From positions 60,001 to 92,000 of the forward strand of contig NQJD01000001.1 of NCBI GenBank assembly GCA_004284765.1: a stretch of DNA of 32,000 nt, written 5' to 3'. Made by a program: the position numbers and the translations under genes. Within the stretch, counting starts at the first letter, position 1. Every line of letters begins with the position of its first letter. The notes under the pieces are model-generated. The model was not told where the DNA came from and ran no database searches. It worked only from the letters and a program-made list of their open reading frames with translations. Positions 1-9,411 of the stretch are shown here, in pieces. The stretch comes from Candidatus Electronema aureum (GTDB lineage Bacteria; Desulfobacterota; Desulfobulbia; Desulfobulbales; Desulfobulbaceae).

Positions 1-1413
1 GCCGATAGCCACGGACAACGTTTCGCCGTCCTGCCAAGGCTTACCGTACCTTTTCAGCTTCCATTCTGAGGTAGGAATCAAGCCGCTCTTCTCATGCTCA
101 ATCTCGACTCCAGTTTTTTTGCCCAAACCAAGGTGACTGGCATAATTTGCCAACCGATTTACTCCCAGCCGTTGTCCTAAGTGATAAAAATAAACATCGC
201 AGGATTCAGAAAGGGCGCGTTTGAGATTCACCGTGCCGTGTCCGCCTTTGTATTTCCAACAACGATAGCTGCGGTTGCCGAAACGATAGGAACCCGGACA
301 ATAGACCGTGCTGTCTGGAGTGATAATGCCTTCTGCCAAACCAGCGAGTGCCGTCACGATTTTGTAAGTAGAGGCAGGTGGATACTGGCCCTGCACGGTT
401 TTGTTGATCAGCGGATGATGGGGGTTATCGAGCATCTCTTTCCAATTTTTACTGGAAATACCGCCGAGAAATTTGCTCAAATCCAGCACTGGCGAGCTGG
501 CAACGAGGAGCAAGCGGCCCGTATTTACCTCCACCGCCACCACTGCCCCGGACTTATTCTCGTCCATCATGATTTTTTCTGCCGCCTGTTGGAGATCAAC
601 ATCTAAAGTAAGCTGGATATCGCTGCCCGGCAGTGGCTCTAAGCCCTTGAGATTGCGCTGCTCAAAGCCGAGCGAATTTACCTCCATGTATTCGCGGCCC
701 TTTTCTCCGCGCAGGTCTTTTTCCCGTAACCGCTCTAAGCCCATCTTACCCGTCATATCGCCGGGCCGATAACTATCGGTTTCAGCATCTGTTAAATCTT
801 CTTTGCTGATTTCTGCAAGATAACCGATCATGTGAGAGGCTAAGTTGCCGTAATGATAGACCCGCTGCGGCACTACCTCAATTTTGATACCCGGCATGTC
901 CATCCGGTTATTCTCAATATAGGCCACTTTGTCCCATTCTATATTCTCGGCCAGACGAATCGGAATGTGACCGGGCGTGCCTGCCATCTTGCGGATGCGG
1001 GCTAAGAGATCGGAGGGGTCAACTGCTAAAATTGCGGCAACTTTTTTGATCAGTTCTTCATCGATGCGGTTTTTCTCCCGCACCCAAACCACGTTAAAGG
1101 AAGGTTTGTTGGTGACAATCTCTCGGCCTTTTCGGTCTAAAATATTGCCACGGGGAGCGGCGATATCAACTGTGCGGACTCGGTTATTTTGGGCAAGTTT
1201 GGCATACTGATCGCCTTGAAGTATTTGAAGGTACCAGAGTCGGGCTGCTAAGGTGGCAAAAAAGAAAATCAGCACTGCTGAGGAATACATAGCCCGACGG
1301 CGGTATAAGTCCAGCTCGCCTTGGTTGATGTGGCTGATAACGGTTTTGTCGTCGCCGCTGCGGGCGGCATCTTCCTCTGTCCCGTGCGTCCTTCTCCGGT
1401 TGATTTTCCTCAT
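1..1413 (-). CDS. mrdA: Penicillin-binding protein 2 (peptidoglycan D,D-transpeptidase), N-terminal 471 codons; the 3' end runs off the left window edge
   Basis: Not in the supplied ORF track because there is no in-window stop. Manual reverse-complement translation from the ATG at 1413..1411 stays open to position 1. It reads MRKINRRRTHGTEEDAARSGDDKTVISHINQGELDLYRRRAMYSSAVLIFFFATLAARLWYLQILQGDQYAKLAQNNRVRTVDIAAPRGNILDRKGREIVTNKPSFNV... It has an N-terminal TM anchor, an in-frame transpeptidase SxxK motif (PPASTYKIVTALAGL, codons at 372..361) and SESCDVYFY. The start overlaps the mreD stop, and the order mreBCD-mrdA is the classical synteny. Confidence 0.9.
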   Translation of the reverse strand, partial: MRKINRRRTHGTEEDAARSGDDKTVISHINQGELDLYRRRAMYSSAVLIFFFATLAARLWYLQILQGDQYAKLAQNNRVRTVDIAAPRGNILDRKGREIVTNKPSFNVVWVREKNRIDEELIKKVAAILAVDPSDLLARIRKMAGTPGHIPIRLAENIEWDKVAYIENNRMDMPGIKIEVVPQRVYHYGNLASHMIGYLAEISKEDLTDAETDSYRPGDMTGKMGLERLREKDLRGEKGREYMEVNSLGFEQRNLKGLEPLPGSDIQLTLDVDLQQAAEKIMMDENKSGAVVAVEVNTGRLLLVASSPVLDLSKFLGGISSKNWKEMLDNPHHPLINKTVQGQYPPASTYKIVTALAGLAEGIITPDSTVYCPGSYRFGNRSYRCWKYKGGHGTVNLKRALSESCDVYFYHLGQRLGVNRLANYASHLGLGKKTGVEIEHEKSGLIPTSEWKLKRYGKPWQDGETLSVAIG

Positions 1414-1961
1414 TGCAGCTTGTTGTCCTGACGGAACTGGTTGCCAGTACCCGCACCTTTTGGCCCGGCAAAAGAGAATTTGCCGCGCAGTCGGGAATCT
1501 AAGAAATCAAAACAGCGGAACAGCGGATAGGAAAACAGACAGACTAAACCAGCCCGAAACAACATCGGCGGCCATGACCAGAGGATTCCAGCCTCAGGCT
1601 GAAGGATATCAAGCAGTAAGGAGGATAACCAAGAAATTAACAAATAGCTTACCGCTACCAAGGGCAGCTGATAGAGCGGCTTTCGCACCGGCATTTTGAT
1701 CGTCATGAACTTGAGCAGCAGCCAGCCGCAGCAGCAAATGGCTGGATACAAGCCGACTAAGGTGCCGGAATAGACATCCATCACGCAGCTGACGGGCAAC
1801 AAAATAATGATGCCTCGGCAAAGGCTGAACTGACACGCCACGTAGGCAACGAGGACGTAATACAAGTCTGGCGCGACCGGCCAGAGCGGTCCGGGCATGA
1901 AGACCGTGGTTTGCACCGCTGCCAGCAGCAGACCTACAAGAATGAAAACAAGGGTCGCCAT
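1410..1961 (-). CDS. mreD: Rod shape-determining protein MreD (polytopic membrane protein)
   Basis: 183-aa hydrophobic ORF immediately downstream of mreC. Its stop overlaps the mrdA start. Position and size fit MreD. Confidence 0.75.
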   Translation of the reverse strand: MATLVFILVGLLLAAVQTTVFMPGPLWPVAPDLYYVLVAYVACQFSLCRGIIILLPVSCVMDVYSGTLVGLYPAICCCGWLLLKFMTIKMPVRKPLYQLPLVAVSYLLISWLSSLLLDILQPEAGILWSWPPMLFRAGLVCLFSYPLFRCFDFLDSRLRGKFSFAGPKGAGTGNQFRQDNKLQ

Positions 1962-1970
1962 AAGTACAGC

Positions 1971-2849
1971 TCAGGGGTATCCGGCCTCAGACTGCGGGCG
2001 GAACTCCTTTTTTTTCTGTTCAATCACTAACAAGTTTTCCAAGGTACTGAAATCGACCGCTGGCACTACTTCAATTTCCAGAAACATCCCCCGCCGATTG
2101 CGAGTGACTTCTGAGACAATACCCACAGGCAGGCCGGGCGGAAACATGCCGCCATAGCCCGCAGTTACCACATGATCGCCTTTGGCAACTTCGATGGTTT
2201 TCAACACATATTCAAGGCGATACGTGCTGCCACCAGTCCCCTTGAGGATACCTCGCACACGGGAGTCTTGGAGTAACACATCAATCGCACTGGAGGGGGA
2301 GATAGTTAACAGAACTTTGGCATAGTTGGCCGATGCAGCATACACTTGGCCAACAATACCTTCGCCCGTAACCACTGGCATCCCCTTGTCCACGCCGTCA
2401 CTGAGACCCCGATCGATGATCACGCTGCGGAACCACGGCGAGGGATCTTTACCGACAATGCGGGCAGTCACTGTGGGTAGCCCAGAGGATTCTTTGAATT
2501 CTAATAACTTACGCAGGCGAGCATTCAGTGCCACTGCGCCACGGTTGGCGTAGGCAGCAGTCCGGCATTTCTGTAGCTCTTGGAGCAGACGCTCTTTCTC
2601 CTCCCGCACGGTCAGCAGGTCGAGATACTTCTCCCGCATCGAGCGAAAAGGAACGGCGAACTGCGAGGCACCCTTCTGAAGCGGGCCAGTCGCATCAAGA
2701 ACTAACTTGTAAACCGGACCGAATTCTTGACTGCCAAAGATGAATACAAGGAAAATCAGCAAGAGCGTCAACACAGCTCCGCCGAGCAGCACAGGCCGGA
2801 ATCCTTCGGAACCGTCCTTCTGCTTTTTGTTGCGGTTATTTCTCTGCAT
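1971..2849 (-). CDS. mreC: Rod shape-determining protein MreC
   Basis: 292 aa with an N-terminal TM segment (VLLGGAVLTLLLIFLVFIF) and a coiled-coil stretch (REEKERLLQELQKC). The C-terminal beta-domains carry the MreC-typical GDHVVTAGYGGMFPPGLPVGIV. It lies between mreB and mreD. Confidence 0.9.
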   Translation of the reverse strand: MQRNNRNKKQKDGSEGFRPVLLGGAVLTLLLIFLVFIFGSQEFGPVYKLVLDATGPLQKGASQFAVPFRSMREKYLDLLTVREEKERLLQELQKCRTAAYANRGAVALNARLRKLLEFKESSGLPTVTARIVGKDPSPWFRSVIIDRGLSDGVDKGMPVVTGEGIVGQVYAASANYAKVLLTISPSSAIDVLLQDSRVRGILKGTGGSTYRLEYVLKTIEVAKGDHVVTAGYGGMFPPGLPVGIVSEVTRNRRGMFLEIEVVPAVDFSTLENLLVIEQKKKEFRPQSEAGYP

Positions 2850-2914
2850 CTGCGCGAAGCGGCCAGCAAGGTAAAAAAAACGGCAGGATGGAGCAAAAAG
2901 CCGCCGCGCTGTGG

Positions 2915-3946
<1,032 letters not shown>

Positions 3947-3974
3947 TCACCTAAGGTAAAAAGTCGTTTTGTCA

Positions 3975-3999
3975 ATAAAAGAAAGGCTCCATAGGAGCC
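3975..3999 (-). terminator. Possible weak intrinsic terminator after the EndoQ-UvrD gene
   Basis: GGCTCC-ATA-GGAGCC hairpin (3985..3999). On the minus strand it is followed by TTTCTTTTAT. The stem is short (6 bp) and sits about 150 nt after the stop at 4145. Confidence 0.3.
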
Positions 4000-4144
4000 A
4001 AAAAATAATTCGTGATCGCTTCAGATGCAGCGTGGTTGTAGTTTACCAGCACCACCGCAAACTGGCAATGCAAAATACAAGAACTTTCTTCGGAGAAAAA
4101 ATAATGGGATTTCAGCGAGCTGCTTTCTATGGCAGATGTATTCT

Positions 4145-7100
4145 TTAGAAGAGGCGGAGCTGCCTGCCGCTGCTTTTTTTCCGTGCTTGCTTTGGCAGGA
4201 GCAACGGAGTATTGAGCAGTTCTGCTGGAATCTCAGCAAGAAAGCGGGAGGGAGCGGATCGTTCAAGTCCGGCATATCCCTGCCGCTCGCCTGCGCTGCT
4301 CAGATACAGCACCTCAGCGGCACGAGTGAGGCCGACAAAGAAAAGCCGCCGTTCCTCGGCAAGATGCTCCTCTGTCGCCGCTGTGTCTAACACAGTGCGA
4401 GGAGCAATCGGCAGCAACCCTTCCTCGCAGCCAGCCAGAAAGACGGCCTTAAACTCTAAGCCCTTGGCCGCGTGCAAAGTTGCCAGTAAGACAGCTTCAG
4501 CCCGCTCGTCATAGATCAAGCTGTCCTGATGCTTGCGGAGATGTTCGGCAAAGGCAGGCAGCGAGACAGCAGAAGCAGCCATATTGCGGAAGCGAACAAG
4601 ATCAGGCTCATCGTTATTGAAGCTACAATGAATCAAGGCAAGATCAACAGCAGCAACGGGTGATTCTGTCGATAACCGGGCAGCGACTTTCGCCATTCTA
4701 TTGCCACACTGACGCAGATGTTCTGGCAAAGAATCGGCAGATAGTAAATCAGCAAGCGGCGAGCGACTGCTTTCTTGTGCCGAGAGAATCTGTTCAGCCG
4801 CTGCAAGAGTCTGTGCGCCAATACCTTCTTCGTGCCCAAGGAGAAAGAGCAGTTCCGCCTGATCTATCCGTTCGGCAGCGAGCAGCAGCCAATAATAGAT
4901 GATTTTTGTGTTGCCGCTCAGGTAAAACGGCTGAAGATCAACCACCTGGCAAGGCAGCGTGCGGTCCGCCAGAGCTTGGGCGATGAGCGGCATCTGCCGG
5001 GCCGTGCGGCAGAGAATAGCGATTTCCGACAACGCAAGCTCGCCCTCAGAGCCGACAAGCCGGTCAATCTCCCGATGTGAGGTACCACCGATCAACTGCT
5101 GAATCTGCTCGGCAATGAATCTGGCCTCGGCAGCGGCGTTCATGGCAAGATGGCGGTAGATGACACTTTGCTTCTTCGTTGCTGCTTGGGTGCCTGGTTG
5201 CTCCCCGTTTTCGTGATTGTTGGCAATGACCGCAGCAGCAGCCTCAAGTATCTGCGTTCCGCTGCGATAGTTGATGGTCAGGTGATGGCGTTCTGGTTGT
5301 TGCTCAACGATAAACTTGCGGAACCAAGCTGGGTTCGCGCCCCGGAAGCCATAAATGGCCTGATCTGGATCGCCAATGGCAAAGACGCTGCCGTTCTCCG
5401 CCAAAAGACGCACCAGCTCGTACTGAGCCGCGTTGAGGTCTTGGAACTCATCCACCAAGAGATGGGCAACAGTCGCCCGTACCTCTGCGGCAAAGCTGCT
5501 ATCCCGATGCAGCAAGGCAGTGCAGGCCGGAACCACTTCATCCAGATCAAGCAGGTTGTGTTCCCGCAGATAGGCAGCAAAATAAGGGCGCAGCGGATCA
5601 TCTTCAGCGTAGCTTTCTGGTAACACACGCTGATCCGCGAGCAATAGACTTGCCTGCCGCTGGAGGTCTTTCCGCTCGCGTTCGGAAAGCTGGGGATACT
5701 GCTGGCGGAAAATTCGTTCCCGCATTTCTGGCCCAGCCAGCGAAAGATCGGGCTGGCGGCGGAGCAGCCAATGGAGGCAGAAGCCATGAAAGGTCTCCAC
5801 CCAAGGCAGGGACTGTTCCGCGCCGAGAGCAGTGCTGAGTCGTTGGCGGATTCCCTCTGCCGCCTTGTTGGTAAAGGTGATAACCAATACCGGCCCTTGC
5901 CCTGCTGCGATCAGGCGCACAGCCCGCTGCACGAGGGTGTGCGTTTTGCCAGTGCCTGGCCCGGCCTGCACGATGATTCGGGTGGCCTCACTCTCCACAG
6001 CGGCTTGCTGCTCTGGGTTGAGCGGCCTGTTCTGGGGCTGAAGTACCTCTTCTTTGGCCTTTTTGCGAACGATGGCTTGCTTCCGTTCTTTCTTCGCACG
6101 AGGCTTGCTCGGAGTCAGGCCGAAGAGATTGAGCTGACCGCCTAACTCATCGCGTTCTGTATCGGCAAAGACCTTAATCACCCCGAATTCACCGTCAAAG
6201 CCTGGCGTGCGGATAACCTGCTTCGTCCGCACCCGCTTGACAGCCTCGGCCAGTAAGGGCGAGACCGCTGCAATCTCTGCCAGCGGGGTTTCCAGCAGGA
6301 GGTGGAACTCCGAGCCAAAGGCGTTGATCAACCTGCCGTAAGCTGTGTCAACCTGCTTGCTGGCTGGGCCGCAGCCGAATAACTCGCCCAGCAGCTCTGG
6401 CAGTGGAATTAGGCTGTGAACTGCGGGCGCACCTTCTGGCCAATGCGGTGCCTCGCGGTCAGCCAGCTCCAGTACCCGGTATAAAACCCCGATAGTCAGC
6501 GGCTTACCGCACTGCGGACAGATGCCCTGAGCTGCTGCGGTCTGGTGTGGCTCTAAGCAGATACCGCAGCTGCGGTGGCCGTCACAGTGGTACTTGCCTT
6601 CCTCTGGGTAAAATTCAATGGTGGCTTGAAACTGCCCCCGCAGCGGATTGCGCAGTGCCTCTTTGAGGGCAAAGAAGTCTAACGGCGCTGTAAAGATATT
6701 CGCCTCTCGTCCCAACTTAGCCGGAGAATGGCAATCAGAGTTGGAGATCAGCGCGAAACGGTCAAGGGCAGAAATACGCCGGTTCATTTCTGGATCAGAG
6801 GAGAGACCGGTCTCCAAGGCAAAGACTTCGCCGCTCAGATCCCCGAAGCATTCTTCCACTGCATCAAAGCCGGATTTGGAGCCGAACAGAGAGAACCACG
6901 GAGTCCAGATGTGAGCTGGGACGAGAAAGCCTTGCGGCGCATGTTCGAGCAAGAGTGCCAGCAAGGTCTGCGAGTCAAGGCCGAGAATGGGGCGGCCATC
7001 AGCCTCCAGATTGCCGATCCCCGCCAGCACGCTGTTGAGTCGCTGCACAGCAGCAAAGTCCGGCGCGTAAAGGAGGTTATGCACCTTCCGCACCTTACCG

Positions 7101-7414
7101 CCGCGCTTGTAGATGGAACTGATTTCCGCGCTGAGAACAAAGCGAATGTGCGAGGTGTCGGGCTGCACACCGGGTGGCAAGAGCGAGGCCAGCTTCTCAA
7201 AGGAAGGAGGCTGCTTGAGGCGGAACAAGCCTGGCTCGGCTGGCTCTAATTCCACACAGAGCTGCGCGAACCAGCCCGGATGGGTGAAATCACCCGTGGC
7301 AACAAGGTCAATACCTTTAATCGCTGCCCAAGCCGCCAGTCCGTGTAAGGTACTGGCCTTACTGGTGGCACGGGAATAGAGGGAATGGACGTGGAGGTCA
7401 GCGATATAGGGCAT
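4145..7414 (-). CDS. Fusion protein: N-terminal EndoQ-like PHP-domain nuclease with zinc finger, plus a C-terminal UvrD/PcrA superfamily-1 DNA helicase
   Basis: The N-terminal ~420 aa align by eye along their whole length with archaeal endonuclease Q. Shared motifs are DLHVHSLYS, DGRPILGL, VPAHIWTPWFSLFG, LETGLSSDPEM, SNSDCHSPAKLGREAN, EEGKYHC...CPQCGKPLTIGVLYRVLELAD and PGFDGEFGVIKV. A basic linker follows. The helicase motifs are I AGPGTGKTHT, II LLVDEFQDLN, III IGDPDQAIYGFRGA, IV INYRS, V LHAAKGLEF and VI VGLTRA. I placed the start at Met29 of the track ORF (ATG 7414..7412, MPYIADLHVH). EndoQ homologues begin just before the DLHxHS motif, and this start avoids overlap with the upstream gene. 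No clear SD, so the start is uncertain (the track start at 7498 is GTG). Confidence 0.88.
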   Translation of the reverse strand: MPYIADLHVHSLYSRATSKASTLHGLAAWAAIKGIDLVATGDFTHPGWFAQLCVELEPAEPGLFRLKQPPSFEKLASLLPPGVQPDTSHIRFVLSAEISSIYKRGGKVRKVHNLLYAPDFAAVQRLNSVLAGIGNLEADGRPILGLDSQTLLALLLEHAPQGFLVPAHIWTPWFSLFGSKSGFDAVEECFGDLSGEVFALETGLSSDPEMNRRISALDRFALISNSDCHSPAKLGREANIFTAPLDFFALKEALRNPLRGQFQATIEFYPEEGKYHCDGHRSCGICLEPHQTAAAQGICPQCGKPLTIGVLYRVLELADREAPHWPEGAPAVHSLIPLPELLGELFGCGPASKQVDTAYGRLINAFGSEFHLLLETPLAEIAAVSPLLAEAVKRVRTKQVIRTPGFDGEFGVIKVFADTERDELGGQLNLFGLTPSKPRAKKERKQAIVRKKAKEEVLQPQNRPLNPEQQAAVESEATRIIVQAGPGTGKTHTLVQRAVRLIAAGQGPVLVITFTNKAAEGIRQRLSTALGAEQSLPWVETFHGFCLHWLLRRQPDLSLAGPEMRERIFRQQYPQLSERERKDLQRQASLLLADQRVLPESYAEDDPLRPYFAAYLREHNLLDLDEVVPACTALLHRDSSFAAEVRATVAHLLVDEFQDLNAAQYELVRLLAENGSVFAIGDPDQAIYGFRGANPAWFRKFIVEQQPERHHLTINYRSGTQILEAAAAVIANNHENGEQPGTQAATKKQSVIYRHLAMNAAAEARFIAEQIQQLIGGTSHREIDRLVGSEGELALSEIAILCRTARQMPLIAQALADRTLPCQVVDLQPFYLSGNTKIIYYWLLLAAERIDQAELLFLLGHEEGIGAQTLAAAEQILSAQESSRSPLADLLSADSLPEHLRQCGNRMAKVAARLSTESPVAAVDLALIHCSFNNDEPDLVRFRNMAASAVSLPAFAEHLRKHQDSLIYDERAEAVLLATLHAAKGLEFKAVFLAGCEEGLLPIAPRTVLDTAATEEHLAEERRLFFVGLTRAAEVLYLSSAGERQGYAGLERSAPSRFLAEIPAELLNTPLLLPKQARKKSSGRQLRLF

Positions 7415-7448
7415 CAAAGGAATAGATGGCAGAATTGAAGGATGACGA

Positions 7449-8549
7449 TCAGAACAGCTTGATTCCCATGCCATCATCCGAGCTACTGATGAACACACTG
7501 CTGAAGCCCAGCGTTGCTGCTATCCGACGAACAAACTCTGCTTCATTGTTGCAAAAGATTATACTGCCCTGCCACGTAAAACGGTACTCATCTTGGACAT
7601 GATCCAAACAAGTGATGACTAAATGCCTGTTGTTGGTTGAACGCAGCAGTTCATCTCGGTTGATGGCATATTCTACCAAGGAAAGGTCGAGCAGGCTACG
7701 CCGAAACTCTCCTTGATAGCTATTACAGACGTTGGTTTCCTGCGGGTTCGCTTTGATGTTGTGCGGCAGATGCTCGTTGCTCATTGGCCCAGCCCCGTGT
7801 CTGGTCTGGTAGGCGCGGGTGACGAGATAAACCTCAAGCTCTCTGCTGCCATGCAGGGCAACGGCATTGATCGTACCAGTATTCGAGCGCGTCACATAAG
7901 GGAAAAAGCCGAAGTGCTGATCAAGGAGCAGTCCCTGCGAGCCTTCATAGATGTGATCGCTAAAACCGGGCGGTAGTCCCTGCGTGCTGCGGATATACGG
8001 TGAGCTGACCACTGCTGCACAGCAATCAAGAAACGCCTCCACAGAAGCTGCTGCGTATTCTTTATAGAAGAACGTGCGCAACAGGTCAAGGCGGGTCTGA
8101 AGAACCCACGGAGAAAAGAGGTCGGCAAAGGTGAGGGAGTAATACTGCTCCTCTCGATTGAGGGTATTACCCACCCCCACGCCGCAGCTGCCGTGCGGAT
8201 GCTGCTGCCGGTTGCGGGCAATGTCATACGGGGTGGTGACAGGGCATTGCGCGTCAATGTAGAGCAGTGGCTGCACACCCTTAGCGAGCAGTACAGCCAA
8301 TTCGTTGCAGAGGCCAATTGGCTCTATCGTGCAAAAGCGCGAGAAGTACGTTGGTGCGCCTTGCAACGTGCCAGAGCCAAAGTTGGAAAATACATGGCGC
8401 AGGCCGTTTGCGACCACCGTATGACCAGCTTGCTGACCACCAGAGAAACGGATCACCAAGGGTTGTTCGCAGTGCCGACAGAGCCAGTCTGTGACCAGCC
8501 CTTTGCCCTCATCGCCAAAGCCTGCGCCAAGGACGACCTTGCCTTTCAC
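7449..8549 (-). CDS. Short, divergent adenylosuccinate-synthetase-family (PurA/PurZ-like) enzyme
   Basis: 366 aa with a GTG start in a GTGA overlap with the vWA stop. Retained PurA motifs: GFGDEGKG (P-loop with catalytic Asp), GGQQAGHT (catalytic His), YEGSQGLLLDQHFGFFPYVTRSNT and YQTRHGAGP. Diverged motifs: GTTGRGIGP becomes GSCGVGVGN, TTGRRRR becomes YQGEFRR, and TKLD becomes TCLD. It is about 65 aa shorter than E. coli PurA. Confidence 0.8.
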   Translation of the reverse strand: MKGKVVLGAGFGDEGKGLVTDWLCRHCEQPLVIRFSGGQQAGHTVVANGLRHVFSNFGSGTLQGAPTYFSRFCTIEPIGLCNELAVLLAKGVQPLLYIDAQCPVTTPYDIARNRQQHPHGSCGVGVGNTLNREEQYYSLTFADLFSPWVLQTRLDLLRTFFYKEYAAASVEAFLDCCAAVVSSPYIRSTQGLPPGFSDHIYEGSQGLLLDQHFGFFPYVTRSNTGTINAVALHGSRELEVYLVTRAYQTRHGAGPMSNEHLPHNIKANPQETNVCNSYQGEFRRSLLDLSLVEYAINRDELLRSTNNRHLVITCLDHVQDEYRFTWQGSIIFCNNEAEFVRRIAATLGFSSVFISSSDDGMGIKLF

Positions 8550-9409
8550 AAGAGAATCGAGGTCTCTGCTAACCCTGTGGATAGAGAAGGCGCAGCTGGC
8601 TTGGCTGTTGTACGCATAGTCTCTGCGATTAGCTCTGGAATGACCTTCGACACATCCTCGTGTCGATCAAGAATGATAAGCTGATTGCCCATCAGCTGTT
8701 TCCACCCATCCATCGTCTGTTGATTACTGCCTGCGCTGGTTTGGCGAATATGCAAGTGAAAGACGTGATACAGCTCTCTGGCTCTGTCTAAAAGCACTGA
8801 AGCAGAATAATTCTCATACTGTCCGTCGCCCATGATGTGCTTTACTGCCTGCGCAGGCACATCAAGTAAGGTCGGCTCATCGCCAATAGTAAAGAGAAAG
8901 CCCTTCTGTTGCCGTTTCTCAAAGCAATCAATGGAGGTGTGGAACCCGGCAAAGTACCATGCTAACAGATAACTCTCACCGGCATTGCCACCACCGCCAC
9001 CCTCTAAATAGACATCGGTCAGCCACTTATCAAGCAGCTCATCATTCGATTCAAATTGACCCACCTGAAGCGGGCTGTTGTCACACTCGTGGTCTCCTAC
9101 CGCAAGGAAAAGCAACTGTGGATCAGGTGTGCCGCTTTGGATAATCCGACCCATGATCTTCGGCAATCCCTCTTTGACTAAATGATGCGGGATAGAACCC
9201 ATTGAACCAGTTACATCTAAGGCGAGGATAATCGCCACCGAATTAGGATGTTCAGCTGAATCTCTTGCCTCCCTTACCCTAATCCCGTGCGGGTTCATGG
9301 CATTATTGATCGACCGCTGCGTGAATATCTCACGAGCCGACTTAGTACCGTAGCTCAGAGATGCTGCCCGCGTTGCTCGATCATCGACTGAATAGTAGCC
9401 ATGTCCCAT
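8546..9409 (-). CDS. Stand-alone von Willebrand factor A (vWA) domain protein
   Basis: 287 aa. A MIDAS-type motif (IILALDVTGSMG) follows a beta-strand, and later there is FLFTIGDEPT, giving Rossmann-like alternation typical of vWA. The ATG at 9409 is 2 nt after the upstream stop. The gene's own stop overlaps the next start. Confidence 0.75.
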   Translation of the reverse strand: MGHGYYSVDDRATRAASLSYGTKSAREIFTQRSINNAMNPHGIRVREARDSAEHPNSVAIILALDVTGSMGSIPHHLVKEGLPKIMGRIIQSGTPDPQLLFLAVGDHECDNSPLQVGQFESNDELLDKWLTDVYLEGGGGGNAGESYLLAWYFAGFHTSIDCFEKRQQKGFLFTIGDEPTLLDVPAQAVKHIMGDGQYENYSASVLLDRARELYHVFHLHIRQTSAGSNQQTMDGWKQLMGNQLIILDRHEDVSKVIPELIAETMRTTAKPAAPSLSTGLAETSILL

Positions 9410-9411
9410 GA

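Noticed and set aside
181-1471. Track ORFs 181..606(+), 473..772(+), 977..1210(+), 1184..1471(-) and 1253..1699(+)
   Set aside because: All overlap the untracked mrdA frame or mreD. None shows protein-like motifs, whereas the mrdA frame carries the SxxK motif and PBP2 N-terminal signatures.
7415-7498. An N-terminal extension of the EndoQ-UvrD ORF (GTG 7498, or ATGATG 7477) overlapping the PurA-like gene by up to 50 nt
   Set aside because: The extension (MCSSVARMMAWESSCSDRHPSILPSIPL) has no counterpart in EndoQ proteins, which begin a few residues before DLHxHS. The start remains uncertain because no SD precedes 7414.
7449-8549. The PurA-family gene as the ordinary housekeeping purA
   Set aside because: It is about 65 aa shorter than canonical PurA. 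Its IMP, aspartate and guanine-specificity loops are altered. It has a GTG start overlapping a vWA gene, in an accessory context. I cannot exclude the housekeeping role without the rest of the genome.
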